A program made the translations under genes and the position numbers. DNA of 64,000 nucleotides from Phoronis australis (taxonomy: Eukaryota > Animalia > Phoronida): positions 361,657 through 425,656 of the forward strand of contig NMRA01000136.1 of NCBI GenBank assembly GCA_002633005.1, read 5' to 3'. The stretch's first letter is position 1. The number at the start of each line of letters is the position of its first letter. The notes under the pieces were generated by a model. That model saw nothing but the letters and a program-made list of their open reading frames with translations. It was not told where the DNA came from and did not search any database. Below, piece by piece: positions 34,500 through 64,000 of this stretch.

Positions 34500-37400
34500 G
34501 TTTTTAGCATCCGACATCTGCAGCTGTATTTCATAAACACCTCACAGGATCTTAATGAGATTTGGCAGATGGGCTCAAGTGAAGGTGACTGGAGGACGAT
34601 GAATTTCTGATCGATCCAACTATTGCTGTGTCCCCTAGTGGCAATTTTATTATGCGCCTGCGGACGCATTATGCCGTCATCTCCGTCCGTCCTGCATCCG
34701 TCTGACGTCCGCTGCTCTATCTCCAAAACCCTTTGACATTCGTTCATGAAATTTTGCACATGTGTTCCTATCACAGATGGGACTGCACGAGCTAACTTTT
34801 GGACGGATCCCACTACCGGTGTGCCCCCTAGTGGCAATTTTAGTTTTTATGCGCCCACATATTTTTATGTGGACGCATTATGCCGTCATCTCCGTCCGTC
34901 CGTCCGGGCGGCGTCTGTCCGGCGTCCGCTGCTCTATCTCCAAAACCCTTTGACTTACGTTCATGAAATTTGGCACATATGTTCCATTCATGAATGGGAC
35001 AGCGTGAGCGAACTTTCGGACGGATCCGACTGCTGGTGTGTCTCCTAGTGGCAATTTTAGTTTTTTACGCTTACCTTTGTATCTTCAAAAGTCCTGAACG
35101 GATTTTCATGAAATTCGGTATGTAGGCACCTATTAGTGAGATAACGCTATCCTCCTGTTTTCTGATGGATTCGACGTAGTTTGCGCCACCTATTGGCCAT
35201 TTTTACTTTTTTCAAGTCTGTTTTTTGTGTTCACCCCTCTGTCAACGAAACCAGTCAAAGGATGATTGTGAAAATTGGCATGTATGTGCTTACTATGAAG
35301 AGGACGGTTGACGATGATTTTCTGAGGATTTCGACTACTGTGGCGTCTCCTAGGGTAGTGGCAGTTTTGTTTTTTTGCGCCTATGGCTGTATCTCCTAAA
35401 CCGTTCGCAGTATCTTTACTTAATATAGCAAGTGTATTTGTATGATGTTGACTACGGATGACGACAACTTTCGGACAGATCTGACGACTGCTGTGCCACC
35501 TAGTGGCAATTTTAGTTTTTTATGTTGAACTCGGTATCTTCAAAGGTCCTCAACAGATTTTCATAAAATTTAAAATTTAGGCATCTATTGGCTATCTTCC
35601 TGTTTGTGGATGGAATCGAGGTATTTTGCATCACCTAGTGGCCATTTTTTGCTGTTTTCAAATCTTGTTTTTGGTGTCCACCCCTGTATCAACCAAATGA
35701 TTTGATAATTGGCATATACGTTCTCGGTGTGAAGATAACCTTTGATGATGGTGACTGACTACTGTGGCGCCTCCTAGTGGTAGTTTTGTTTCGCGCTCAT
35801 AGTGGCCATTTTTGCTGTTTTCTAGTCTGTTGTTTTGGTTTCCTCCCCTCTATCAACCCAACTGCTTTAAGGATGATTGTGGAAATTGGCATGTATGAAG
35901 GGGATGGCTGACGATGATTTTCCGATGCCTTCAACTACTCTGGTGCCTCCTAGTGGCAGCTTTTTTTTGCGCCTATGGCTGTATCTCCTAAACCGTTCGC
36001 AGGATATCTTTACTAAATTAAGTAAGTGTAGTTATATGATGTTAACAATGGAGGACGACGCCTTTCGGACAGATCTGATTACTGATGTGCCACCTAGTGG
36101 CAATTTTATTTTTTTGCATTCACCTCAGTATGTTTAAAGGTCCTCGACGTATTTTCATAACTTTTGGCATATAGGCATCTGTTAATGAGGTGAAGCTGTC
36201 TTTCTGTTTTCAGATGGAATCTACGTAGTTTGCACCACCTAGTGACCATTTTTACTGTTTTCTAGTCTGTTTTTTGGCGTCCACTCATCTATCAACGATC
36301 CTGCTTTCAAGATAATTGTGAAAATTGGCGTATATGTTTTTACTATAAAGTGGTCGACTGACGATTTTCCGATGACTTCGACTACAGTGGCAGTTTTGTT
36401 TTTTTGCGCTCATGGCTCTATCTCCTAAACCATTTGCAGGATCTTTACTTAATTTAGCAAGCGTATTTATATGATATTGACAACAGATGATGGCGACTTT
36501 TGGATAATCTGACTCCTGTTGTGCCCCCTAGTGGCAATTTTTTTTTTGTATGTTTACCAATCTGTATCTACAAAGGTGCTCAACGGATTTTCATAAACTT
36601 TTGAATATAGGCATCTGTTGGTGAGATGACGCTGTCCTCCTGTTTTTGGATGGAATCGAAGTATTTTGCATCACCTGGTGTCCATTTTTGCTGTTTTCAA
36701 ATCTTGTTTTTGGCGTCCACCCCTCTATCAACCAAATCATTCCAAGGATGGTTTTGAAAAGTGGCGTATATGTTTTCAGTGTGAAGAGGATGTTTGATGA
36801 TGGCGACTGACTACTGTAGCGCCTCCTAGTGGTAGTTTTGTATTGTTTTGCGCCCATAGCTATATCTCCTGAACCCACTGCAGGATCTTTATTAAATTTA
36901 GTAAGTGTGTTTATATGAAGATAGCAACAGACGACGACTTTCAGACGGATCCAACAGAAGCTGTGCCCACAAGTGACAAATTCATTTTATTCTGTTTTCT
37001 TTGTTTCTCTGAAGTTCCTTGACAGATTTTTATGAATTATGACATGTTCCCGTTTTTGGATGGATTGTACGTTTTTGCGCCAACTAGTGGCCATTTTAAT
37101 GACACAAATAAATAAACCTAAAAACACACCATTTGTGATCCATTCCTGGGCGCATTTCAAGGCTCCGCGTTCCTCTAGTTTTTACAGTTTCTTCTGTATA
37201 CTATTTGGAATACTTGGATGGAATTTCGTGAAGTTTGGCAAAATACTAGGTTTGTTTTTAAAAGGAGACTACAGCATCTTTTTATATTCAGATGGGTTTG
37301 ATGATTCTGCGTCAGATATTGGCCATTTTTAATTAAAATCAGTTTTTGGCGTCCACCTTTCTGTCTGCCAGGCAACTTGAAGAATTGTTATGCAAATTGG

Positions 37401-37950
37401 CAGGTGTGTTCCTAACTAGGAGACCCCCCACTGACAATCAGTGAATTTTGGACTTCTTCCTCTACCCTTCTGCAATTTTGTTTTTTTTTTTGCATCCATG
37501 GCTGTATTGCCTTTCCAAGAACTTCATATTTGGCAGATGTGTTTCTATGGAGCTGACAACCGAAGATGACTAGTTTCAGACCAGTCTGACGATTGGTGTG
37601 CCCACTAGTGGCAACTTTGTTTTTCTGCGTTTTCCTCTATCTTCGGAGCTGCGCAATGAATTCCTATGAAATTCATGAAATAGGGTTTTTAATGTGGCCA
37701 TTCTATTTTTGGACAGATTCAACGGATTTTACATGACCTTGTGGCCATTTTTTGTAATTTTTGTGTCTGTTTTCTGTCATCCGCCTCTCCATCTGCCATA
37801 CTGCTCAAAGGATCATGAAAATTCAATGATGTGTTTCTGATGAGGCCACGACTGACATTCACTTTCGGACGGGTTCGACTACTGTGTCGTCTCTTGGTGG
37901 TGATTTTATTTTTATGGTCTTTGGCCGAATCTCCTCAACCCTTTGAAGGA
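34500..37950 (+). repeat. Nested HINE-derived tandem array of ~145-150 bp monomers (three types, ~445 bp higher-order unit), each with a CCTAGTGG core
   Basis: About 20 monomer cores between 34635 and 37895; HINE left ends at ~34651 and ~34848; right end 37148-37179. Confidence 0.85.
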
Positions 37951-39242
37951 GCTTGGTGAAATATAATAGGAGTTCCTTGGCTTATTTTCTTGAGATTTGC
38001 CAATTAGTTGCGTGTTCCGGAGAAGGCGACCCCTCAATTCGGATGGGTTTGACCCATAGAAGCACACTGTTTGCAGTGCTGTCGTGTGCACGTTGGTCTT
38101 GTAATAATAAAATTTGTTTTTACACCAATCATGAAGCAGATAAGTGTGGATACACGCAGAGTCTAAAGCCTCATTAGTGTCTGACTGCAGACAAACCGTG
38201 ACAGATCGTGCAAGATACAAAACAGTACTTCAAAAAAAAATGTAGTAACGAGATAGATCAATTGTCAAAAAATCGGGTAGGCAAAAACAGCCTTACTTGA
38301 AATCTCAAGGTTACTATACCAAATCTAAAATTGTTCAGTCGTTCGAAATTCCATAAGCATTGAGCACTTGCAATGAGCAAAATTACCAGTGACTGACTGG
38401 AACTTCAAGAGGTACAGTCTGTAGTAGTTAAAAGTATTTCATGACTCGGGGAGGTGCTCTAGATTACCTTGTGACTATCGCAATCTGGGTGCTATTTTAA
38501 CAGAATTACAATCGAACTATTCATACAGCTTGAATAATCCTAACCTGCATGATTAATTGGGGAAAATGTGTAATATATTAGTCAAGCTTTTTTAGCCCAA
38601 CTTATTTAAGATTCTTTGCATAATCTTGGCAACAGGGAGGCAGGTGCCACACCTTGCAAGGGGCTCATCTTGGACGCACTTAACAGACATGTCGAGTTTT
38701 ATTGGTTTATTAAAATTATCTTCTCTGCAACATGCTAAAACTCTCGTATAGAAATGTACACTTTGGCAATCATAACTTCTGAAACAACAGATAAAATGAG
38801 ACGAATGCATTTGGAGCATAACTGTAAAAACTTTTTGATATCCCAAGCAACTTGGCAAAATGACATTTAAAATCCCGCCTCAATCTCAAAGCAATTGCAC
38901 TAATGCAGATTCAGGGTAGACAGTCACTGATATGCAAATCACAATTCAAAGCAGAAACTTTCGCTATGACTACCGGGGTATACATGTAACACTGCAGTTA
39001 CAGTCCATATAGGGCTTACTGTTATACAAGCAGTTTTCTTCGAACTAACAGAGCAAAGCAAACTCTGAATGAAACAAAAACGAGAAGACAACTGAGCTTG
39101 ACCAAACTTGGCCAAATTTGACTACGGTACAGTACTAGTTGTGAAAATATCAATTTCAGTCTAATTTATATTCTGTTGCTGACACAATCGTGGATGCTGC
39201 TGAAAGATAATTATCTGTAATAATTGGGGATAGTAACTTACA

Positions 39243-39318
39243 AGGATCCTCCATTTGGAGAACTGGTATCTCCACCGAATAATTAGCATCAAACTGGTTC
39301 TCAAAATAGCAGATCCTT
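39243..39318. mobile_element. ~80-bp hairpin MITE, copy 4 (duplicate copy at 41449-41525)
   Basis: catttggagaactggt...gaataattagcatcaaactggttctcaaaat. Confidence 0.65.
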
Positions 39319-41027
39319 AATATTCAATACAGCATGACAGAATACACAAGAAGCCATACATAAATTTGCAGAAGCAAATTAGGAAAACAACAATTCCTTC
39401 AAAATTCAGTAATATGTACTACAAAAATTACATCCTACATGTTGATAGAAAGCTGGAACTTAACCCTGAAGCTAAATGCAGCGCCATCTATGAAAACCAT
39501 CGTTTTTGTTCATGTTTTAGGGTGGAAACTTTTGGTTTTTTAGTGCGTCAAATAAACATTGACCAACTTATATATAACACCAAAGATCAATTGGAATCAC
39601 TGGAGGATTCAACAACGCTTGATCAACTTCTGTTTGAAGTTAGAAATTTCGTTTCACCTAGTTTGCGCTGCATAAGACTTCAGTATAATTGTTTCACACA
39701 TGTTCATAAATTGTGCTTTAAAGTTATTGATGTGCGATCAAGCATGAATACAAAACAGACAAACAGTGAATTCAAATAGTTACGCTTCTTGACACATTTG
39801 GTGCCAAGACACTGAGTAATTCTGTGTTACATGAGTTGCATGAAAATTCTTCCACATGACACTGCTTGCATTGACCAAACATAGGGGGCACTGTCATACA
39901 GTGCACACTAAAGACAACTGGACAAAATGACCTGGGATCTGTCTCATCAAAAAGTGACTTAAAGAATTAGAACAGAAACTTGGTCTCATACTCCCACTTC
40001 ACAATTTTTTAATAAAAGTTTAGTCAAGTAATTATGAGCACTTCACAGTCTAATGTATAGATAAATCTTCTCAATAGATGGCAGTAATGTGTACATTTTC
40101 AAAGACTGCACTTATGCTCGTGACTAAGATTTAATTATTTTTCACAAACAGTTAAGGGGGAGTGAAAGACCAAATTTAAAGTCGTAAGTTACTTTCCATG
40201 AAACAGATCCCTGTAATTTCCTGTCACGACAGCTAAATGCAAATTGCCTCCCCCATCATAGTAGACATCCTCTTCAACCAAGAATGATGGAAAAATTTCA
40301 TCAAACACGGATTACTGAGACAGGGTTACCTTAAGAATGATGAGTCACGATGAGTTATCATTCATACGTCCTTATGCAGTTACCAAAGATGGTGGATTTA
40401 CTCCTGCTCTGGTCGTGACCGAAAGGATAAAAATGATGCCATAATGATGCTTTTAGGAGTTGCACGAACATGTTACTGTAGTTGGGTCACACTTGTAGCA
40501 ACATCCTAGATCCACCTGTGTGTGATGATGGGCAAGTAATGTTTCATTCTGTTGCTTTTGACCTGCACTGTACCTAATTATGCCCTAACGCAAAAACAAG
40601 TTGATGGCCGCTCAAGAACACTTAGTATCAAATACATTTCTGTACAAATACATGGGACTGATACAAACTCCTACAAAAAACACAAATTAGAACAGAATAC
40701 AAAGGAATGCATAAAACATGGCTTGATGGGAATACTCCCATGAGCACATGGTGCCTTTAGCAGGGGGTATGCAATGGACTGCTTACTATACAAAACTGCT
40801 TACCATAGAGTATTACAATACAAATTTATGTTTCACTAATTCCTAAGTCAACTACAGATGACCTTTTGGGACTGGTATGCGTTCAAGCTTCTTAACAGCT
40901 GAACAGTTTTTCATGTCTTATAGTTTTGATTGCTGACAACAGAGGTCACCTGGTAATAATGAACTACAATCGCAGTGGTAACAATCTTCTCACTTCAGTA
41001 GGCTGAGAAAAAATGCCGGGTGGAATA

Positions 41028-41142
41028 CTATGATGCAAGCCCAGCGTCTTTTGCCATTCCGAAGAAGACGGAGTTCTTGTTCTTCAGTAAATTCTCAGGA
41101 CTGTCAAACTCCCGAATGTGACCTTGGTCCAACACCAGTACT
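41028..41142 (-). other. Second copy of the ABCC last coding exon (probably an allelic assembly duplicate)
   Basis: Same peptide as 43255-43369; one synonymous difference seen (CTG vs CTC). Confidence 0.7.
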
Positions 41143-41207
41143 CTGCCACAAATAAATGAAAACCGTTAATAAGTGATCTACGATAATGAATAATGAAGAA
41201 GAGAATC

Positions 41208-41440
41208 NNNNNNNNNNNNNNNNNNNNNNNNNNNNNNNNNNNNNNNNNNNNNNNNNNNNNNNNNNNNNNNNNNNNNNNNNNNNNNNNNNNNNNNNNNNNN
41301 NNNNNNNNNNNNNNNNNNNNNNNNNNNNNNNNNNNNNNNNNNNNNNNNNNNNNNNNNNNNNNNNNNNNNNNNNNNNNNNNNNNNNNNNNNNNNNNNNNNN
41401 NNNNNNNNNNNNNNNNNNNNNNNNNNNNNNNNNNNNNNNN
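41208..41440. other. Assembly gap
   Basis: N run. Confidence 1.
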
Positions 41441-43254
41441 TAACTTACAAGGATCCTCCATTTGGAGAACTGGTATCTCCACTGAATAACTAGCATCAAA
41501 CTGGTTCTCAAAATAGCAGATCCTTAATATTCAATACAGCATGACAGAATACACAAGAAGCCATACATAAATTTGCAGAAGCAAATTAGGAAAATAACAA
41601 TTCCTTCAAAATTCAGTAATATTTACTACAAAAATTACATCCTACATGTTGATAGAAAGCTGGAACTTAACCCTGAAGCTAAATGCAGCGCCATCTATGA
41701 AAACCATCATTTTTGTTCATGTTTTAGAGTGGAAACTTTTGGTTTTTTAGTGCGTCAAATAAACATTGACCAACTTATATATTATAACACCAAAGATCAA
41801 TTGGAATCACTGGAGGATTCACCAACGCTTGATCAACTTCTGTTTGAAGTTAGAAATTTCGTTTCACCTAGTTTGCGCTGCATGAGACTTCAGTATAATT
41901 GTTTCACACATGTTCATAAATTGTGCTTTAAAGTTATTGATGTGCGATCAAGCATGAATACAAAACAGACAAACAGTGAATTCAAATAGTTACGTTTCTT
42001 GACACATTTGGTGCCAAGACACTGAGCAATTCTGTGTTACATGAGTTGCATGAAAATTGTTCCACATGACACTGCTTGCATTGACCAAACATAGGGGGCA
42101 CTGTCATACAGTGTGCACTAAAGACAACAGGACAAAATGACCTGGGATCTGTCTCATCAAAAAGTGACTTAAAGAATTAGAACAGAAATTTGGTCTCATA
42201 TTCCCACTTCACAATTAGTTTAGTCAAGTAATTATGAGCACTTCACAGTCTAATGTATAGATAAATCTTCTCAATAGATGGCAGTAATGTGTACATTTTC
42301 AAAGACTGCACTTATGCTCGTGACTAAGTAAGATTTAATTATTTTTCACAAACAGTTAAGGGGGAGTGAAAGACCAAATTTAAAGTCGTAAGTTACTATC
42401 CATGAAACAGATCCCTGTAATTTCCTGTCACGACAGCTAAATGCAAATTGCCTCAACCATCATAGTAGACATCCTTTTCAACCAAGAATGATGGAAAAAT
42501 TTCATCAAACTCGGATTACTTAGACAGGGTTACCTTCAGAACGATGAGTCATGAGGAGTTATCATTCATACGTCCTTATGCAGTTACCAAAAATGGTGGC
42601 TTTACTCTTGCTCTGGTCGTGACCGAAAGGATAAAAATGCTGCCATAATGATGCTTTTAGGAGTTGCACGAACATGTTACTGTAGTTGGACCACACTTGT
42701 AGCAACATCCTAGATCCACCTGTGTGTGATGATGGGCAAGTAATGTTTCATTCCGTTGCTTTTGACCTGCACTGTACCTAATTATGCCCTAACGCATAAA
42801 CAAGTTGATGGCCAGCAAAAACCAGCATCATTCACTCGCTCAAGAACACTTAGTATCAAATACATTTCTGTACAAATACATGGGACTGATACAAACTCCT
42901 ACAAAAAACACAAATTAGAACAGAATACAAAGGAATGCATAAAACATGGCTTGATGGGATTACTCCCATGAGCACGTGGTGCCTTTAGCAGGGTTATGCA
43001 ATGGACTGCTTACTATACAAAACTGCTTACCATAGAGTATTACAATACAAGTTTATGTTTCACTAATTCCTAAGTCAACTACAGATGACCTTTTGGGACT
43101 GGTATGCGTTCAAGCTTCTTAACAGCTGAACAGTTTTTCATGTCTTATAGTTTTGATTGCTGACAACAGAGGTCACCTGGTAATAATGAACTACAATCGC
43201 AGTGGTAACAATCTTCTCACTTCAGTAGGCAGAGAAAAAATGCCGGGTGGAATA

Positions 43255-61051
<17,797 letters not shown>

Positions 61052-61737
61052 CTGAAAGTGGACACGTGATGTATGAGAGACCAGACAAGTTCAATAACTT
61101 CGTTGTCACGCATTAAGACTCAATGTGCACATCCGGTTTTTGTTCACTGCTTGATTGCCATGACAACTGCTTTTCCAACCATATTGAGGAAGTACATTGG
61201 GTCCCAGGTAGTGATCCGGAATTTAGAAGAATGCTTTAGAAATAAATCTTGTTTTATTTGTGTCGATTGCGATGATCGCTAATTAACTGTTCTATAGTCT
61301 TATTATCTTATTAGACAATAGATGATGACTTGACTTACTATAAAACAAATTTCCTGAGTTTGCGAAGTTATTACAGTTCTTGTCAATGAAAGCCAGCAGG
61401 GTGATGAAAATTTTACGGGAACCAGAAAGTCATCAACCCTCAGTCGAAGGAGCCAGGCGACTCCACAAAATTGGAAGTTTATTTTATAGTAAGTCCTGTA
61501 GTCATGATATATCATGTTTTGCACTAGTTCTTATATTCTGCTTCCTGCCCATGGTCTGTTATACAGGGACTACCAAAGAAATGAACTCAAGAGAGAAAAT
61601 AGACATAAACAAAATTTGTCTACAAGAAGAACTGCTACCTACATAATAATGTATACAACTCCAAATCACAATTCCCCTGGGATTCCTCAAGTAAAATAAT
61701 TTAACAATGTTTTGAGCAACAAAGAATGGAGGACAAT

Positions 61738-64000
61738 ACAAGAGCAGCATAGAGCATTGATATGCGCCCACCGTGTGCATCGAATAGAGCACAGACACAA
61801 GGGATGATTAATATTACATTCTCACTAAATGGGGCAATGCAAGTTAACTTAACCCTTATCCTGCGCTAGGCGAGGTCAGCCGACAAGCCTATTATCCTAT
61901 TAAAATGCGTCGGGTGTACTCAGTCGCCTAAAATAAGCTACGGCTAGGCTGCGCAAGGAGAGTGTACTCACCCCAGGACACTGGTGTTTTTCATTCAGAA
62001 ATTGTGAAAGCCCCGTATGCTATTTACATATGTGAGCATGCGCATTCCACAGTTCATAGTTTTCTGTACACTTTTCTGATTAACAACATATGGCTGTGAT
62101 TATTTGTTTCCGAGATATTTGAAAGTTTACGCAAGTTTTATCTTAGCTGATGCCAAACGTGGTAAGGTGACTGTTGACTAGTTTCTTGAGGAAGTGTTCA
62201 TGGACTCAGATAGTGAAAACGAGCTATAATTGGCACTCAAAAGTGACGGTGACAGTGACGGGAAAACTAACACAACAGTCACAAGTAATGCAGATTCTAT
62301 TGTTTCGGAGCTCAGTGCAATTTTTGGAGGAGTTACCGGTCCCTAAAGCTGAACTTGGACGGGCCTACGACGATGCTTGGCTCACGCCCTTCAAGCATAA
62401 TACAGAGTCTCTGAAACATGATGGAACTCATTCAGAACTAGACATTTTTGTGACTTTGTGACTTTTGCACAGAATAGCTTTGTGTCCCCACCAGTGTTTC
62501 AAGTTTTTGCACACCAAGGTGAACTTCAAAACAGACTTTAGCAAGCAACTGCACCAGTCATGAATTTGTAATCGTGCAAAGTTGAGGTATGTTATATACT
62601 GTACATTCTTGTTTGTAGATGTGATGTTACAGACAATAAATCTGCTTATTACTAAACGCAATTCTCATGGATTCCCTTTTAAAAATGCTTATTACGGTTT
62701 TTGAGAGTCAGCTCTGTTCTCATGTGCGAAAACAGATAAAAACAAAGTGTGCCCAGTTTGAAAGTTTATAGAATTATTTACACCAAGGCTATGGTAAAGA
62801 TATGCATATCGTGAAAATTTCAATTGAATTCTGAACAACTTTTGTGCAGACCACTTTTATGTAACGTTGATATTACCTCTTCAAATTTCCAATCTAAAAA
62901 TGTTAGGTCATTAATCTGAGTGACCTTCATAACAGCCCAGTGCACGCAGCAGTGGTGACCTACTTAGCTCAGTGCACAGGGAAAGTTGTCTGAATAGAGG
63001 CTTAGCAGGATAAGGGTTAAGATAGCCTCTAAGAGGAGCATAGCAAGTCAGCAATGCCCTCCTCAATAGCAACACACTTGCCAAGCCCATAAAAAATAAA
63101 AACTGGCACTAGGGGGCACAGTGGTAGTCAGATACACCCAAACATCATCTGTTGTCACATTCATATAAGTACACTTGCCAAACTTCAGAAATATCCAGCA
63201 GAGAGAATCAGCTGCAGATGCGAAAAGAGGAAACTGCCAGTAGGGGGCGCCACAGTTGACAAACTGCCCAAAAATCATCAACAATGCTCTTCCCACTAGG
63301 AAACATTTACCAATCTTCATAACAACTCTTAGAAAGCTTTGGCCGATAGAGAGATAGATGCCAAAGACAGACTAAAACGCTATAAAAAACGGCCACTTGG
63401 TGGCATGCATTATATCAAATCCACCCGAAAACGATGTCATCGTCTCTTTAACAGAAATCTAAACACCAAATTTCATAAAAATCCACCCAGGAACTCAAAA
63501 ACTACAGAGATAAGGAAAAAAATTGCCACTAGGGGGCACAGGGTTTCTTGGATCCATCCGAAAATCATCGTCACCTGCACATAAATACACTTGCCAAATT
63601 TTACAAAGATCCTGTAGAGGGTTTAGGAGATATGGCAATGAACAAAAAAACTACCACTAGGAAGAGACACTGTAGACAGAGCCATCCGGAAATCATCACC
63701 AGCCATTCTCTTCCCAGTAGGAACATATCTAATAATTTTCATAATCACCCTTATAGTGGTTTGGCCTATAGAGGGGCGGATGACTCGAAAACAGTAAAAA
63801 TGGCCACTGAGTGGCGCAAAATAGGTAGAATCCATTTGAAAATGTGAAGGTGATGTCACCTTCTTAATACATAACCATTTGCCAAATTTCATAAATATCC
63901 GTTACGGAACACCGAAGCTACAGAGGCAAATTTAAAACACTAGGGGGCACACCAGTAGTTAGATCTGTCCGAAAATTTTTTCATGCCGTCCCATCCATGA
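61738..64000 (-). mobile_element. HINE-like element (right end at 61738, core array 63060-64000), interrupted by a piggyBac derivative
   Basis: acaagagcagcatagagcattgatatgcgcccac right end; cores cactagggggcac, gccagtagggggcgcc, gccactagggggcac at ~130-155 bp spacing. Confidence 0.75.
61853..63016 (+). mobile_element. Internally deleted piggyBac element
   Basis: TTAA-CCCTTATCCTGC ... GCAGGATAAGGG-TTAA; acidic N-terminal remnant (EEVFMDSDSENE) and Cys-rich tail remnant (CDFC..LCV..CFKFLHT). Confidence 0.85.

Noticed and set aside
34600-37950. Regularly spaced conserved motif resembling a CRISPR array
   Set aside because: Eukaryotic context, intervening sequences are homologous monomers rather than unique spacers, and there are no cas genes.
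39366-39779. 137-aa + strand ORF, repeated at 41573-41989
   Set aside because: TTG start, no recognisable domain, antisense to the ABCC 3'UTR; it recurs only because of the duplication.

Overview
Eukaryotic (invertebrate-animal-like) genomic DNA with three N-gaps and one single N. It holds two convergent multi-exon genes, both with 5' ends outside the window. On the + strand is a LARP1 orthologue (17 coding exons traced with consistent GT-AG phases, 1888-30582: RG repeat, La motif, PAM2-like motif, DM15/LARP1 domain). On the - strand is an ABCC1/MRP1-like ABC transporter (18 visible coding exons, 61051-43255); two expected exons are absent where the assembly is broken, and the last exon plus 3'UTR is duplicated across a gap. 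Main hidden signals: (1) three intronic box C/D snoRNA copies in LARP1 with a SNORD52/snR78-type 28S rRNA guide; (2) a non-autonomous Helentron/HINE-like family whose ~145-150 bp core monomers (three-monomer ~445 bp higher-order unit) each carry a CTCF-consensus-like motif, forming a ~3.4 kb array between the two genes; (3) three separate tandem repeats in the ABCC gene built from its own splice junctions; (4) decayed DNA transposons carrying HIRAN-like, THAP and piggyBac-transposase remnants, an 80-bp hairpin MITE (5 copies) and a tRNA-derived SINE-like element. All calls are by eye; no database searches were run.
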